Positions 1 through 12,321 of a DNA stretch of 64,000 nt are shown piece after piece (the first letter of the stretch is position 1; each line of letters opens with the position of its first letter). Source of the stretch: Malacoraja senta (taxonomy: Eukaryota); NCBI GenBank assembly GCA_038087875.1, contig CM075988.1, forward strand, positions 11,718,001 to 11,782,000, read 5' to 3'. Position numbers and translations under genes: made by a program. The notes below the pieces were generated by a model that was not told where the DNA came from, ran no database searches, and saw only the letters and a program-made list of their open reading frames with translations.

Positions 1-1401
1 AGGTGTAGGGAGGGTCAACATTGTGACAAATTGAAGTGGCACAGCATGCATTCAACAACAGTAAGCTTAAGAGAGTGTTTCAGGATTAAAGCTTGCCAAA
101 ATAACAAAGTCATTGCCAGAATTCTTTCTCCCATTTTTATCCAGCTGTGCCGTATGATCAACTTTAGTAACATGGCAAGTTGCCACTTCCTGTAAGTGTC
201 AATTTTGATGTTAATGCACTAATTTATCTCTCTTCGCCCCTCTCTTTACATTTGAGTTAAGATTCCGTAGCGAACAATGTCACATTTTTATTGTCTCTTT
301 TAAATATGTGATGCACTCTATTAGTTCCCTCCTTATCCAGTTGATCTTCTGCAGAAACATATGCGAGAGATAATTGTTGGATTTTCACATTCCTCAGAGG
401 TCCTGCAGCATCTGTTTATTTACCAATATCGCTAACTAGAATATTTCCACATTAGTGGAATTTCACTCAGGATGCCAATGTTGATATTTTTGCGTCCATG
501 TATTGATTTTCATGCTAACATCTGCCCAACGTTTAATGTCAATTTGTAGTAAACGCAATTATTTTGTGGTAAAATATTCAGGCTGAACGAGTCCTGCATG
601 GGTGGTTAAGTGGATTTAACATAACCTTTTGTCATAGCTGTTATAGTCCAACAAGCACATAAAGACAGCTCTGCACTTGTACTCTCATATCCACCGCTGC
701 AGTTAATGCCTGATTAACAACATTAATGCTCACATGGCAAGGTATTATTGCTTGGAATTAATTTTACTGTTACCCGTGTAGAAATTGTTCAGAAATAATT
801 TCACTTTCTACCTAGCTCATTTGATCTCAAAGTTCCTGATTAAGTTATAGATCGGAGCAAACTTTACCATAAAAGTTTGTTTTCCCTGGGAACCTGATTG
901 ATCAAAACATGTCTTATCCTTGCATTCATCCCACCTCATCCACACAAAATTCATTCTGCATTGATGATAACAGTCACATTGAGCAGAGTAAAAACAGATC
1001 TCAAGGGTTTCCACTTATTAGGTTAAAATTATCTTGTTTAACTGCTGTTCTTTCCTCTCGGGTTCATGGTTTTAATCCAGTTTCGGATTAACCTATCTCC
1101 TTTTGTAATGATTGACAGTATTCTAAGTAAATTTGAGCTTCATCAACAGTCCCAATTTCCATTGACAATGGCATCACGGCACAAAATTATCTATAATTTA
1201 GAACTAACTGAATAATAAACATCTCATCCAGAAAGTCATAAGAATTACTGGAGCATGAAATAGAAATCTTGCTGAATGTGGAGCAGGTGTCTCATTGAAA
1301 TATGGGTTCAAGTACATAGCTGGGGTCATCAGAAGAAACTTTAACTTACATCTGACCCAGGATATGTATCACTAGGGATGGCTCAATATACTTGCCGCCA
1401 T

Positions 1402-1765
1402 TAGAAACATAGAAAATAGGTGCAGGAGTAAGCAATTTGGCCCTTCGAGCCAGCACCACCATTCAATATGATTATGGCTGATCATCCAGAATCCGTACCC
1501 TGTTCCTGCTTTCTCCCCGTATCCCTTGATTCCGTTAGCCCTAAGAGCTATACCTAACTCTCTCTTGAATACATCCAGTGAATTGGCCTCCACTGCCTTC
1601 TGTGGCAGAGAATTCCACAGATTCACATCTCTCTGGCTGAAAAGATTTTTCCCCATCTCAGTCCTTATTCTTAAACTGTGACCCCCTAGTTCTGGACTCC
1701 CCCAACATGCGGAACATGTTGCCTGTCCAATCTCTTAAGAATTTAATGTTTCTATACAATCTATC
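1402..1765 (-). mobile_element. CR1 LINE 3' fragment (ORF2 C-terminus and 3'UTR)
   Basis: ORF 1372..1656 has the CR1 C-terminal motif FSQRxVNLWNSLPQKAVEA. The CATAGAAA-type tail at 1402-1415 matches the end of the long CR1 at 39316. Confidence 0.9.
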
Positions 1766-3907
1766 AGGTGTTTCCATTAGCAACATCCCTGTGTTTCTTC
1801 CCGCAAGATAAAGCTGAATAAAAATTAAAAATGAGAAAAACCTTGTATATGCGGGATAACTAAAATAAAAACAGGAAATATTGGGAGCAATCAGTTGAAG
1901 AAATCCAGCTGGAAATGATTTTGATTAGAGCCCACTCCCAGAACGACTGCCTGACCTGAGTTTATAGCATTTTCTATACTATTTTTATCTACCAGAATAA
2001 TCTTCACTGGTTTTAGAATATTGGCATCAGTAAAAGACCCATCCATACAATTGGCATCGCTGCACATGGCAAGATTGGATGTAAGGTTTGTTGTTTCTCA
2101 GTCAATGTGCCATTTCAAATTTAATGTCAGATAAATAGATATCTGCATCAACTCCATTTGACCTCAATTTCTACATGAATACCATTGCCTCTGTCGTACC
2201 GTAAAAGGCGGTGGTAATTGTTATTTAATCAAAGAAACACATTACACTATAAACTAGTGTAATCACTGTAAAAGTATATTGCATTCTATTGTTTATATAG
2301 TGTTAGGATAAAATAACGTTGAGCTAGAAGGAATCTAGAGATTGATTATAACTTCTGATTCCACTAACCACTATTGCTCAACTTTCTGCTGTATAAAGAC
2401 AGTCTGAATGCTTGAAGCTTCAAAGCTCCCCTGCCATTGCATTTCCTTATCTCTAACAATTGTGGTGCTTTAGGATTTCTACTTGCAATTATTTCTTCCT
2501 GAAGCACATCAAAATTGGAGGAGACGCTGATATTTCTATTTCTGTGGCAAATCGCTGATAAGCAGTGCCGAATTACTTATCACTTGCTGGAGAATAGACA
2601 CATCAGTTCTCATTTTATACCAGTCTTGCAACCTGTCACTGAACAGGAACATCTGAATGATGTCCCTTTATCTGTGACTGTCCCACACAATTATGTGTTG
2701 GTACATACAGTGAATGTGCCTCTGTGAAGTTTGTATAATTTCTGCGTTGCTTTAGAAGCCTTGCAGAGGAGATAAAGCTCAAAATCTAATCTATTATATT
2801 GAGCAAAAGGATGGGACTTTGCACAGTTTATCAAATACACTTTACCTACTTTTAAGCACGTTATTTTCTAACCCCTGTATAATTCAGCAACCAAATTATT
2901 AACAATGAGCAAAAGAACTGCCACTGATGATCAATTAAATTTCCATATAGCACTTCATAATAGACAGGAGCATCATGCTGGAAAGAAATAAGTTATATTC
3001 CAAAAAATCCTGACTAGATGTTTATGGGTGGTCTTCTCCAGATATCTTTCCATAGGTTTGAATAATGAGCATTGGAAACCCAAGAAAACAAATCTAAATG
3101 TTCTATGCATCATGTTTTCATGAACTCGACATCCAGACTGGAAGAGCACTACTTACATTGCATAGCTGTATCTGTGAAAGGAATCAATTCCTGGGCCACT
3201 ATTCTGCTTACTCGGTTTGCTCCAGTTCTTATCACTCTATATTGCACTGTCCACAGTCATTTAAGTACGAGGTTCCCAGATGTACATTGTACATGCCTTG
3301 TGAGTGGAAAGGAGGAAGAACTTTTAGTTGTTCAGCTGGAACAAAGGAGGGGATGCTGCTTCAAGGTAAACTGCTGTACAATGGGGTAAAAATACAGGAA
3401 GGCAGCCATCAAGGTGCAGATCACCTCCTCTCGCCAGACAGACTACATTAACTCCACAGTATGAGCTGTCATTTCAGCAGCTTATGTGGGCTTGTAGCCT
3501 GCGGGCATTTTCATCCTTCACCTTTCGACCACAAACACTCGGGAAAACGTTAAAAAGTCTGGCTCCCAGCACGATTGTTCTTTGAGGCTATTGTCATGTT
3601 TCTGGAGATGTTGTCAAATCATGAGAGCGTTCGAATTTTGAACCATCAGAGGGTCAAACATAGGCTCATTCAATCATTTATTTAATTTTAGCTCGTAAAA
3701 ATGCGTCCATGAAAGGTTTTATTTTGTTCTGATTTCTTCTTTTGATAGAATCTTCCCAAATTCAGAATATAAAGTTGAAAAGATTACTCTACAATATTGA
3801 GTATGGAAGTGTAAGATAGTCAACAATAAATTCAACAGAAGAACCTCTTTAAACAATGATTGGATCTCATCAACAAGAGTAATTGAAGCAAGTCGCATAG
3901 ATGATTA

Positions 3908-4198
3908 TACAGTTCAGAGATACAGCACGGAAACAGGCCCTTTCGGCCCACGCCGACCAGCGATCCCCGCACATTAACACTATCCTACACACACGAGGGA
4001 CAATTTACAATTTTACCGAGCCAATTTACCTACAAACCTGTATGCCTGTGGAATATGGGAGGAAACCAGAGCACCCGGAGAAAACCCACGTCGGTCACTG
4101 GGAGAGCGCACAAACTCCGTACAGACAGCACCGCAGTCAGGATCGAACCCGGGTCTCTGGCGCTGTGAGGCAGCAACTACCGATGTACCACTGTGCCA
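3908..4198 (-). mobile_element. tRNA-derived SINE (HE1/V-SINE-like), near full length
   Basis: On the minus strand there is a GGCACAGTGG head, a B-box GGGTTCGATCC (4140-4150), a central GGTTTCCTCCCA domain and a CR1-like 3' end (GGGCCTGTTTCCGTGCTGTATCTCT). Confidence 0.85.
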
Positions 4199-5185
4199 GC
4201 AAAGGTAGAAAAAAGACAAATAGAAGGATCTGCTGAAAGGGTTGTACTTAAAACAAAAAGAGGTGAGAGGTGTTTCACGTGGAGCTCAGAGAAATGGCAT
4301 GGACCACTTGCACTACATTCTATGAATACAGATGAGAGGAAAATTTAAGTGGAAGTAATTTTCACAGGAAATGCTCTCTTTCAACCACAGCAGCATTTTA
4401 ATTTGATGTGACCTATTATCCATTGATAATTTAAGCTTTTGCATTGATTCAGGAGCTTAATACTGCAGTGCTTAGAAATTCAATGTTATACTAATATGTT
4501 TTTTAATGTTATGCAGCTAAAAATAGATTTTGTTTTATCCGGAGCAAAATAACTATTTCATGACGTTTCACTTTATTCTGGAAATTTAACTAGCTACCTT
4601 CTGACGTCAATCGCACTCTCGTTCCTGATATGATCTTTTCACACTTGATTGTCTCAGTATCTCTCTCATTTCCTCTTTAAGACACTAGAGGATAGTCTAC
4701 AAAGCGAACAAAGTGCTGGATTAATAATAGGTACAAACAGAAAGCCCGAGCATCATCTCTGCTGTGGCCAGACTTCTGACTGGTTGCTGCAAAAACTCGG
4801 GACAATGCCGAGATCAGTTGTCACATGTTGCAGTTCATAGAATGGTACTAAACAATAATAAATTAATTACATTACTCCTTTAATCATTTTTAAAAAGAAC
4901 AAAGAAAACCAAGGCACGGATTTAAAATATTAGTCCTGTCTCTGTCCACTTTACCTTGAGGCAGTCTTCCTAGTAATTGAATTGATGGATTTTATTTCAA
5001 AATCTTAATATGAATCGTATTAGTGGTGGTCCTGAATCCTATTATGTTTTTATGAATCGTAATAGTGGTGGTTCTCCAGTGTCTGTGTTGTCCTCACTCT
5101 GCAAGGTCATGTTGCATCCTCAAAGTTTTTCAGATGTACAAACATAGAACTGCAGAATTTGGTTTACACAAAGAGACCCAAAGTA

Positions 5186-5545
5186 GAGTCAAGAGAGAGT
5201 TTATTGTCATGTGTCCCAGATAGGACAATGGAATTCTTGCTTGCTGCAGCACAACAGAGTATTGTAAGCATAAATACAGATCAGTTCAGTGTGTCTCTGT
5301 AGCATAGACCATATATATATATACACATAAATAAACAAATAAAGTGCAATAGGCTGTTATAGTTCAGAGTTTGTTTGTTGGTGAGTTTAATAGCCTGATG
5401 GCTGTGGGGAAGTAGCTGTTCCTGAACCTTGATGTTCCAGATTTCAGGCTCCTGTACCTTCTACCTGATGGCAGCGGAGAGATGAGTGTGGCCATGATGG
5501 TGTGGGTCCTTGATGATGTTGCAGCCTTTTTAAGGCAGCGACTAA
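5186..5545 (-). mobile_element. Rex1/Babar-type LINE 3' fragment
   Basis: ORF 5364..5549 has LPSGRRYRSL..TSRFRNSYFPTAIRLLN, typical of the Rex1/Babar ORF end. The 3' end is a stem-loop, AATAAA and short repeat tail. Confidence 0.8.
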
Positions 5546-5550
5546 GCACT

Positions 5551-5675
5551 AGAGTAATTCAGCAGGTCAGGCAGCATCCTTAGTCTGAAGAAAGGTCCCA
5601 ACCCAAAAACGTCACCGATCCATGTTCTCCTGGGATGCTGCCTGACACATTCAGTTAGTCCAGCACTTTGTGCCT
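5551..5675 (+). mobile_element. Penelope pLTR-derived short element with decayed hammerhead motif
   Basis: GTCTGAAGAAAGGTCCCAACCCAAAAACGTCACC at about 5583-5616, with a partial inverted arm at 5551-5580. Similar to the PLE 3' end at 48741-48830. Confidence 0.7.
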
Positions 5676-6257
5676 TCTCCCGATGTGCATCTCCGCAGTC
5701 GCCCTCCTGAGATGGTGCTTATTCCGCTGATATAAATAACCCCATCTGTGTATTGAGCTCATATGGTCTGGAGCTGGTGTATGTCTAGTCACCACTGCCT
5801 CTGTGATATCTTGATATGGGACTTCAACCTTATTGTGCCTGCTGCTATGTGAAATGGCAGATTCAAGGCATCTCTTTTGCAGCCGTGTATCTGTCTTGGC
5901 TGCCTACTTTTCTCTTCCAATACTCCTTCTTTGTTGTGGGAGTAGAGTTTTAGTTTTATGAGTCTCCCGTTGCCTACCATCCCTTATCTGTAGATTTACA
6001 CAAAGCCACAATGCTAAGATGGGGACCTGATGACTTTACTCTCCTCAGCATTGTCTTGGCCACCTCAATGTCATTTACTGCCTTTACAGTATAGAAAGTG
6101 AAACAATGGTGTCTCGTGATCAAACTGGCAGTCCTCTCAGAATCTGAAAGTTATGTTCCGTCAACTGTGGCCCGTTGCTCTTGCCCTGCACCTGAGGATG
6201 TTGTAGTGAGTTCAGATAGATTCTTAGATTGCCACTTGACTCATCACACACCTTAAT

Positions 6258-6580
6258 TATGAGAGGCAAAGAGAAGGTCGACAGTCAGAATATGTTTCTC
6301 AGGATTGAAATGTCAAAGACTAGAGGACATAGCCTTAAGGTGAAAGTGCAAATATTTAAAGGAGATGTGCGGGACAAGTGTTGCGTGTGCCTGGAAGAAG
6401 CTGCCAGGGTTGATGGTGGAGATGAATGTGATAGTGGCATTTAAGCGGCTTTTAGATCAGCACATAAATGTTCAGGGAACAGAGGGCTATGGATCACATC
6501 AGGCAGGGGAGGTTAGTTTAACTTGACTTTGTGTTCGGCATGGACATTGTTGGCGATAGGGCCCGTTTCTGTGTTGTACT
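6258..6580 (+). mobile_element. CR1 LINE 3' fragment (decayed)
   Basis: ORF 6229..6444 has SKTRGHSLKV..FKGDVR. The segment ends in GGGCCCGTTTCTGTGTTGTA. Confidence 0.75.
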
Positions 6581-6696
6581 ATTTTGGGTTGTAACTGGTC
6601 ACCATATTGAGGAAAGGGCATGATTGCAATTGACAAGTTGCAGAGGATGTTAGCTGAGGTGTGAAGTGTTTAATTTCCTTCTTAAGGCTCTTGATT

Positions 6697-8870
6697 TATT
6701 GAATTGAATACATTTTATTAGCCAAGTATGTATACATACAAGGAATTTGCCTTGGTGCTTTGTTCGCAAGTAACAACACGATATACAGTAAACAATTAAG
6801 AAAAAAACATTATTATTTAAACATGTGAAGAATTAAATAAAATACCAGAGCAAAAGGAGGCTACAGACCGTTGGTTGTTAAGTAGAGCTACTGCTCATGG
6901 AAAAAAGTTCCTGTGGCAGTCCGGAGTGACCTTCCGGAGGGAATTGCTTCAAAGAGTTTGTGGCCAGGGTGAGAGGGGTCAGAGATGATCTTACCTGCTC
7001 GCTTCTTGGTCCTTGCAGTGTACAATATGTCGATGGGGAAAAGGTTGCAGCCAACAACCTTCTCAGCTGATCGAATGATGCGCTGCAGCCTCCGGATGTC
7101 ATGCTTGGTGGCTGAGCCAAACCAGACCATGATGGACATCCTCTGTTGGGACTTTTTGACTGTGGAGTCGATGGTAGCCCCCCATTTAAGGTCCCTGGAG
7201 ATGATTGTTCCCAGGAACTTAAATGACTCCACAGATGTGACTGTGGTGTTGTTGATGGTGAGTGGGAGGAGGGGAGGGGGAGCTCTCCTAAAGTTTACTA
7301 TCAATTCCACCGTCTTCAGAGCATTGAGCTCCAGGTTGTTGCGATGGCACCAGGACGCCAGCTGTTTCACTTCCTGTCTGTAGGCAGATTCCTCCCCATC
7401 CTGGATCAGTCCAATCAGGGTTGTGACATCCGCAAACTTGAGAAGCTTGACAGAGGAGTCTGCGGAGGTGCAGTCATTGGTGTAGAGAGAATAAAGGAGA
7501 GGGGAGAGTATGCAGCCTTGCTGTGCTCCCATGCTGAGTGTCAGCGGGTCAGAGATGTGCTTTCCCAGCCTCTCATGCTGCTTCCTGTCTGTCAGAAAGT
7601 TGGTGACCCATTGACGGAGGGGTTCAGGCACAACTTGGAGAGTTTGGAGTGTAGTAGCACTGGCACAATGGTGTTGAATGTAGAGCTAAAATCCACAAAC
7701 AATTCTTGCATAGGTCCCCTGGCGGTCCAGGTGCTGGAGGATGAAGCGCAGGCCGAGGTTGACTGCGTCATCCGGTACCCGGACGTGGCGTCGAAGGACG
7801 AGAAGCCGAAGAAAAGAAGTCGAAGCCAAATAACCGAAAGCAAACAAAGCCGAAACGACAACGAACCGAAAGGGCGGGACGCCTAAAAGCCAACTAACCT
7901 TAAGGCTGCATTGTCTACAAGCCAACTAACCGAATGCCGCTCTGCCGAAAAGTCAAATAACGGACATGACGTCGTCAGGGGGCGGGACTTGTCAGCGATT
8001 GTTCCAAACCCCCGTGTCCATCGCATCACTGGCTGGCGGAGACGGGAGGGTGGGGGACATTTTCCCACACAAGCCATTATTTGACGTTTCGACAGAGCAG
8101 CATTCGGTTAGTTGGCTTGTAGGCGACGCAGCCTTTTGGTTAGTTGGCTTTTAGCCGTCCCGCCCTTTCCATTCGTTGGCTTTTCGGCTTCGTATACTTT
8201 TGGTTATTTGCCGTTTTGGCTTCAGTTCCATTCGGCTATTTGGCTTTGACTTCTCTTTACTTCGGCTTCTCGTCCTTCGGCATGGCGTCATTCACTGATC
8301 GATTGGCCCGATATGCAAACTGCAGGGGGTCCAGCAGGGGGTTTGTGATATTTTTCAGGTGGGACAGCACAAGTCTTTTAAAGGTTCTTCATGATTACAG
8401 AGATCAGTTTGACAGGCCTGTAGTCATTAAGACCAGTAATCCTTGGCTTTTTGGGTACAGGAACAATAGTGCGGACATTGAAGCAGGCAGGGTCAGTACA
8501 GGTTTGCAGGGACTGGTTGAAAATGTCTGTGTAGACCGGTGCCAGTTGTTCGGCACAGAGCTTGAGGGGGAAACATTGTTTGGCCCTGGAGATTTCTGGC
8601 TTTTCTGTCTCCTAAATAGCTTCTCCACCTCCTCAATTTCTATTGTTAGTGATGAGAAGTGGCCAGACTGATGTTGGGCAGCAAGGAGGGGGTGGGTATT
8701 GGACGAGGGCCCAGTCTTTGTGGACTTGAGTCGGGCTGTGAGTAGGTGTGAATTGTTGATTGCTGAGGAGTGGGAGGGGGGGAGGGGGATTAGGTACCGG
8801 GGTTATGTTTCTTTCTACCGAACCTGCAGTAGAACTCCTTCAGGTCGTTGGTCAGCTAACAATTGATGAG
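6697..8870 (-). mobile_element. Rex1/Babar-type non-LTR retrotransposon, 5'-truncated RT region, interrupted by a MITE
   Basis: Minus-strand RT motifs: [65 protein letters not shown] (ORFs 6888..7631, 7592..7861, 7686..7925). The 3' end is AATAAA plus a (TTCAA)n tail at about 6697-6719. The frame is broken by frameshifts. Confidence 0.9.
7774..8284. mobile_element. Foldback/MITE with long TIRs and 9-bp TSD (Mutator-like)
   Basis: Inverted arms at about 7791-7961 and 8077-8280 are built from GCCGAA/GCCAA subrepeats. TSD GCGTCATCC (7765-7773) / GCGTCATTC (8285-8293). Removing the element restores the LINE RT frame. Confidence 0.8.
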
Positions 8871-9997
8871 TTATGAGGTGAGACTAGAGGCTGGGTTTGC
8901 TTTTGTTGGAGCAGAGAAAATGCATGATTTTCATGATTGGTACATGATTGAGTTATGCAAAATTGTGAGGGCCATAGTCAGGAAAGAATCATGAGAGAAG
9001 GAAGTAAATGGCTCATTCAGCCTCCAATCTGAAATCAGATAGGTGTGATGGGAATTGCAGATTAGTGTCAACAATAGGTACTGTAAGGGTGGTTAGGCAC
9101 TGTTATCTCAATCTTTCATAGTGTTTTCAGAGAAAGGCATTGGAAATTAATGGCTGTGAAGACTAAGGTGAGTCGGCTTCATTATATATTTGACAATTCG
9201 TTACTTTGATAATTCTGTGATGTTTAAAACAGTATTGAAGCCCAACACCAACAAATGCCACATCTTCTTCTGTATTTTCTAACGTTTGACAATGACTGAA
9301 TTACCCCACAGTAATGTTTCAGATTTCTTGCATTGAAAGTGAAAACAGCAAGGCAATGCTGCAAATATTCAGCAGGTCTGTATAAGTGAGAGAGTGAGAG
9401 AGAGATCCACACTCAGGTTAGTGGTCTGAGCATTAATCCCATCTGACTCTCAACAGATGCTCCCTGACTTGGTGAATGGGTACAGCATTTTCTATTTACA
9501 ATGAGCAGGTTACTTGCTCTTTCACTCCTTTCTGAGATAAATTCACTGAGTGCCATTAATTTATCCAACATTTCATGCTGAGGCTTGCCATCCTCTGTGA
9601 GCCACAGGGGAAGATGGTCAAGAATTTGATGTTCTTCCACCATTCTGTGCCTGCTTCAAATCATTCTCCTCATATGATCCCTGATGATTGTTGCTGGATG
9701 TGAATAATTTGATGCAGGTGGGTGTACTTGCCTGCAATGAGGTAGAAGTGGAGTGGATAGGGGTATGTGATCTTGTGCTGTGGGCAGTCTGTATGTCTGG
9801 AAGGTTCAATGCTGGTGTCCCTAACATTCTGCATTGGATCTTGATTCCCCATTAACTCCAGCAGGAAAGTGGCAGCAGGTGAAAAAGTGAATTGACAATT
9901 CACCGCATTGCAAAGAGGACTGGTGAGCAAATTGTCACCCTCATTCATTTCACTGGAGATCATTCTCGCTGTGCTAAAAGATGAGTGGTTTACATTA

Positions 9998-10096
9998 GAT
10001 AGACACAAAGTACTGGAGTAACTCAGCAGGTCAGTTGCTCCAGCACTTTGTGTTTATCTTCGGTATATACCAACATCTGCAGTTCCGTTCTACACA
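9998..10096. mobile_element. Penelope pLTR-derived short inverted element
   Basis: AGACACAAAGTACTGGAG...CTCCAGCACTTTGTGT inverted pair followed by a CATCTGCAGTTCC tail. TTTACATTAG occurs on both flanks. Confidence 0.65.
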
Positions 10097-10746
10097 CTCT
10101 TTTACATTAGTTCACTTTCAAGTATTTGACTATTAGTCATTTAAGGTGATGCAATATTTTGATATTATTCACATTTTGATTACTGGAATCTATTTCAATA
10201 AATTGTAATGTCTCTGATCTGAGTTTTCGGTTTATGCTACCCTACTAACCCTGAACACTACACATTAGTTGCCGAGATACTGATACTTTTCTATCCATAC
10301 ACACTCTGTGTTAGTGACAATTAAACATTGTTATCCCACCAACCTTGCACTACCTATGTTAGTGCACAGGGACAATAAGCTTCCAACATTAAACAACCCA
10401 TATTATTGGTGAAGAGGCATCCCTCCAACCCAGCACACCCATGTTACTGGCACTGGGATTCCCCTCCACAACCTTAAATATTCCTGTTTAGTGATACCAG
10501 GACTTGAAGCCAGTAAGCTTGTGGGCTAGGCTTCTGCCTGAGGGCCACTGACTCCAAGACAGGTGGGCTAAATGTCCTTATATGTCCCCAGCAGTTAGCA
10601 AAGCTGGGGTTGAGCTTTGTGGCAATAAAACCTTCAATTGATTTTCATGTTTTTTAAATGACTTCAAGAATCATTCGCAAACTATTCTCATTGAACTAAA
10701 TGATTTTAAGAAATTAATTTTCTTAAGAGTTGAAAACATTAACTAA

Positions 10747-11054
10747 AGGGCCTGTCCCACTGTACGAGGTAATTCAAGAGTTCCCCCCAAGTTTCCCCTG
10801 ATTCGAACTCGGAGAATTATGGTAATAGCCGCTCGTATGTACTTGGGGCTCTCGTGGACATTTTTCAACGTAGAAAAAATCATCATGAGCTTACCGTATT
10901 TCCCGAGTACCTGCCGTTAGCGTTACGAGCCGCTAAGAGATGTCCCGAGCTCTGACGTACCCGCTACGTACATTTTATGTACTTACCACGAGTTTTATTT
11001 TTTTATTTAACTCGGGAGAGATCTTGAATTACCTCGTACAGTGGGACAGGCCCT
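10747..11054. mobile_element. PIF/Harbinger-type MITE
   Basis: Perfect 33-bp TIR AGGGCCTGTCCCACTGTACGAGGTAATTCAAGA, with TAA/TTA (TWA) flanks and no ORF. Confidence 0.88.
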
Positions 11055-11242
11055 TTAAAGTTCAAGAAGTACAAAATATAAAAGGAAAGTGACATCATAA
11101 AATGTGTTGGAGGAAGCTATCTTCCCCTTTACCTCTCAAATTTGTATCAAGCACTTCCATTTGCAAGCAGTGGAGGGGGTTCCACCTTCTCTGACATGGC
11201 ACACAGCAGGAGGGACAATTAGTCAGCATAATCCTGGCGATC

Positions 11243-11490
11243 TTAGAAAGGAGGTGAGGAGGAACCTCTTTAGTCGGGGGTAGTTAATCTGTGGAACATT
11301 GCCACAGTGGGCTGCGGAGGTCAAGTCAGTGGATATTTTCAAGGCAGAGATAGACAAATTATTGATTAGAACTGGTGTTATGGGGAGAAGGCAGGAAAAT
11401 GGGATTTAGAGGAAGAGATCAGTCATGATTCAGTAGAGGAGTAGACACGATGGGCAAAATGGCCTAATTCTACTCCCACAACGTGAACTT
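11243..11490 (+). mobile_element. CR1 LINE 3' fragment
   Basis: GGTAGTTAATCTGTGGAA...GGTGTTATGGGGAGAAGGCAGGAA...ATGGCCTAATTCTACTCC corresponds to the CR1 3' end seen elsewhere in the window. Confidence 0.75.
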
Positions 11491-12142
11491 GTGAGTGACA
11501 AGTTCTGCCTTCCAAGATGGTAGCAGCTCCTGGATTTCACACTGTGGGGAAATCTGGAGCTGCCCACTGTTTCAACAGCTGGAGGTTTCAAACCTCATGA
11601 TTTCAAAGGAAAGAAATGCATAGCTGAAAACTGTGATTTGATTTAAATGTTCTGATAATGGCAATGTCACAGGAAATATTCAGTACATGTGAGGAGACAA
11701 ACAGAATTAATGCATCTGGTCAATGACCACATCTTTTACTTTTTGAGTGGTTAATGTTTTAATTATTTGCAGATCATTACAAACTTATTTTGGATCACGA
11801 TCACTCTCGGATAAATTTTGCAGAGGATCTGCCTTATTAGGATTCTTTTCAGCTCTAGCTCACAAGCCCAAGGCAAAACGCTAATCTGTTATTTAGCCAC
11901 CTTTAGCTATTGCATTAATGCAATGTCTCTGTAAACTTATGATTAGAAATGGTAACACCTTGCATCTTCAGTTCAAAATATCACAATGAATGCATTATCA
12001 ACATCCATTCCCTCTAGTTGTATGTTTGCAGGTACTCTTCCACCTGGCTTCTTGTCAATTAAAATAATAAAGCTACTTCAACTCTAATAAAAGTTAATTC
12101 TTTATGTGTAACTGAAATAATGCACACATTAATTATTTTACT

Positions 12143-12321
12143 GAAGGTAGACAAAAATGCTGGAGAAACTCAGCGGGTGAGGCAGCATCTATGCAGCGAA
12201 GGAAATAGGCAATGTTTCGGGTCAAAACCCTTCTTCGCTCCATAGTTGCTGCCTCACCCGCTGAGTTTCTCCAGCATTTTTGTCTACCTTCGATTTTCCA
12301 GCATCTGCAGTTCCTTCTTAA
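12143..12321. mobile_element. Penelope pLTR-derived hairpin element with 19-bp flanking duplication
   Basis: About 50-bp inverted arms (12143-12193 / 12241-12291) with a 30-nt unpaired tail. ACATTAATTATTTTACTGA is duplicated at 12126-12144 and 12322-12340. Confidence 0.8.

Noticed and set aside
3908-4198. tRNA-like A/B boxes (here and in the other SINE heads)
   Set aside because: They are heads of multi-copy SINEs and no complete cloverleaf is evident.
5008-5073. Short local duplications (also about 29983-30022 and 63561-63588)
   Set aside because: These are ordinary slippage or repair duplications with no further structure.
7344-7886. Plus-strand ORFs of 132-180 aa over the LINE (6985..7383, 7344..7886, 8144..8671)
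   Set aside because: They are antisense shadows of the Rex1/Babar RT frame and of MITE sequence.
9413-10008. Cluster of minus-strand ORFs suggesting a decayed gene
   Set aside because: No motif was recognised, so it cannot be assigned without a homology search.
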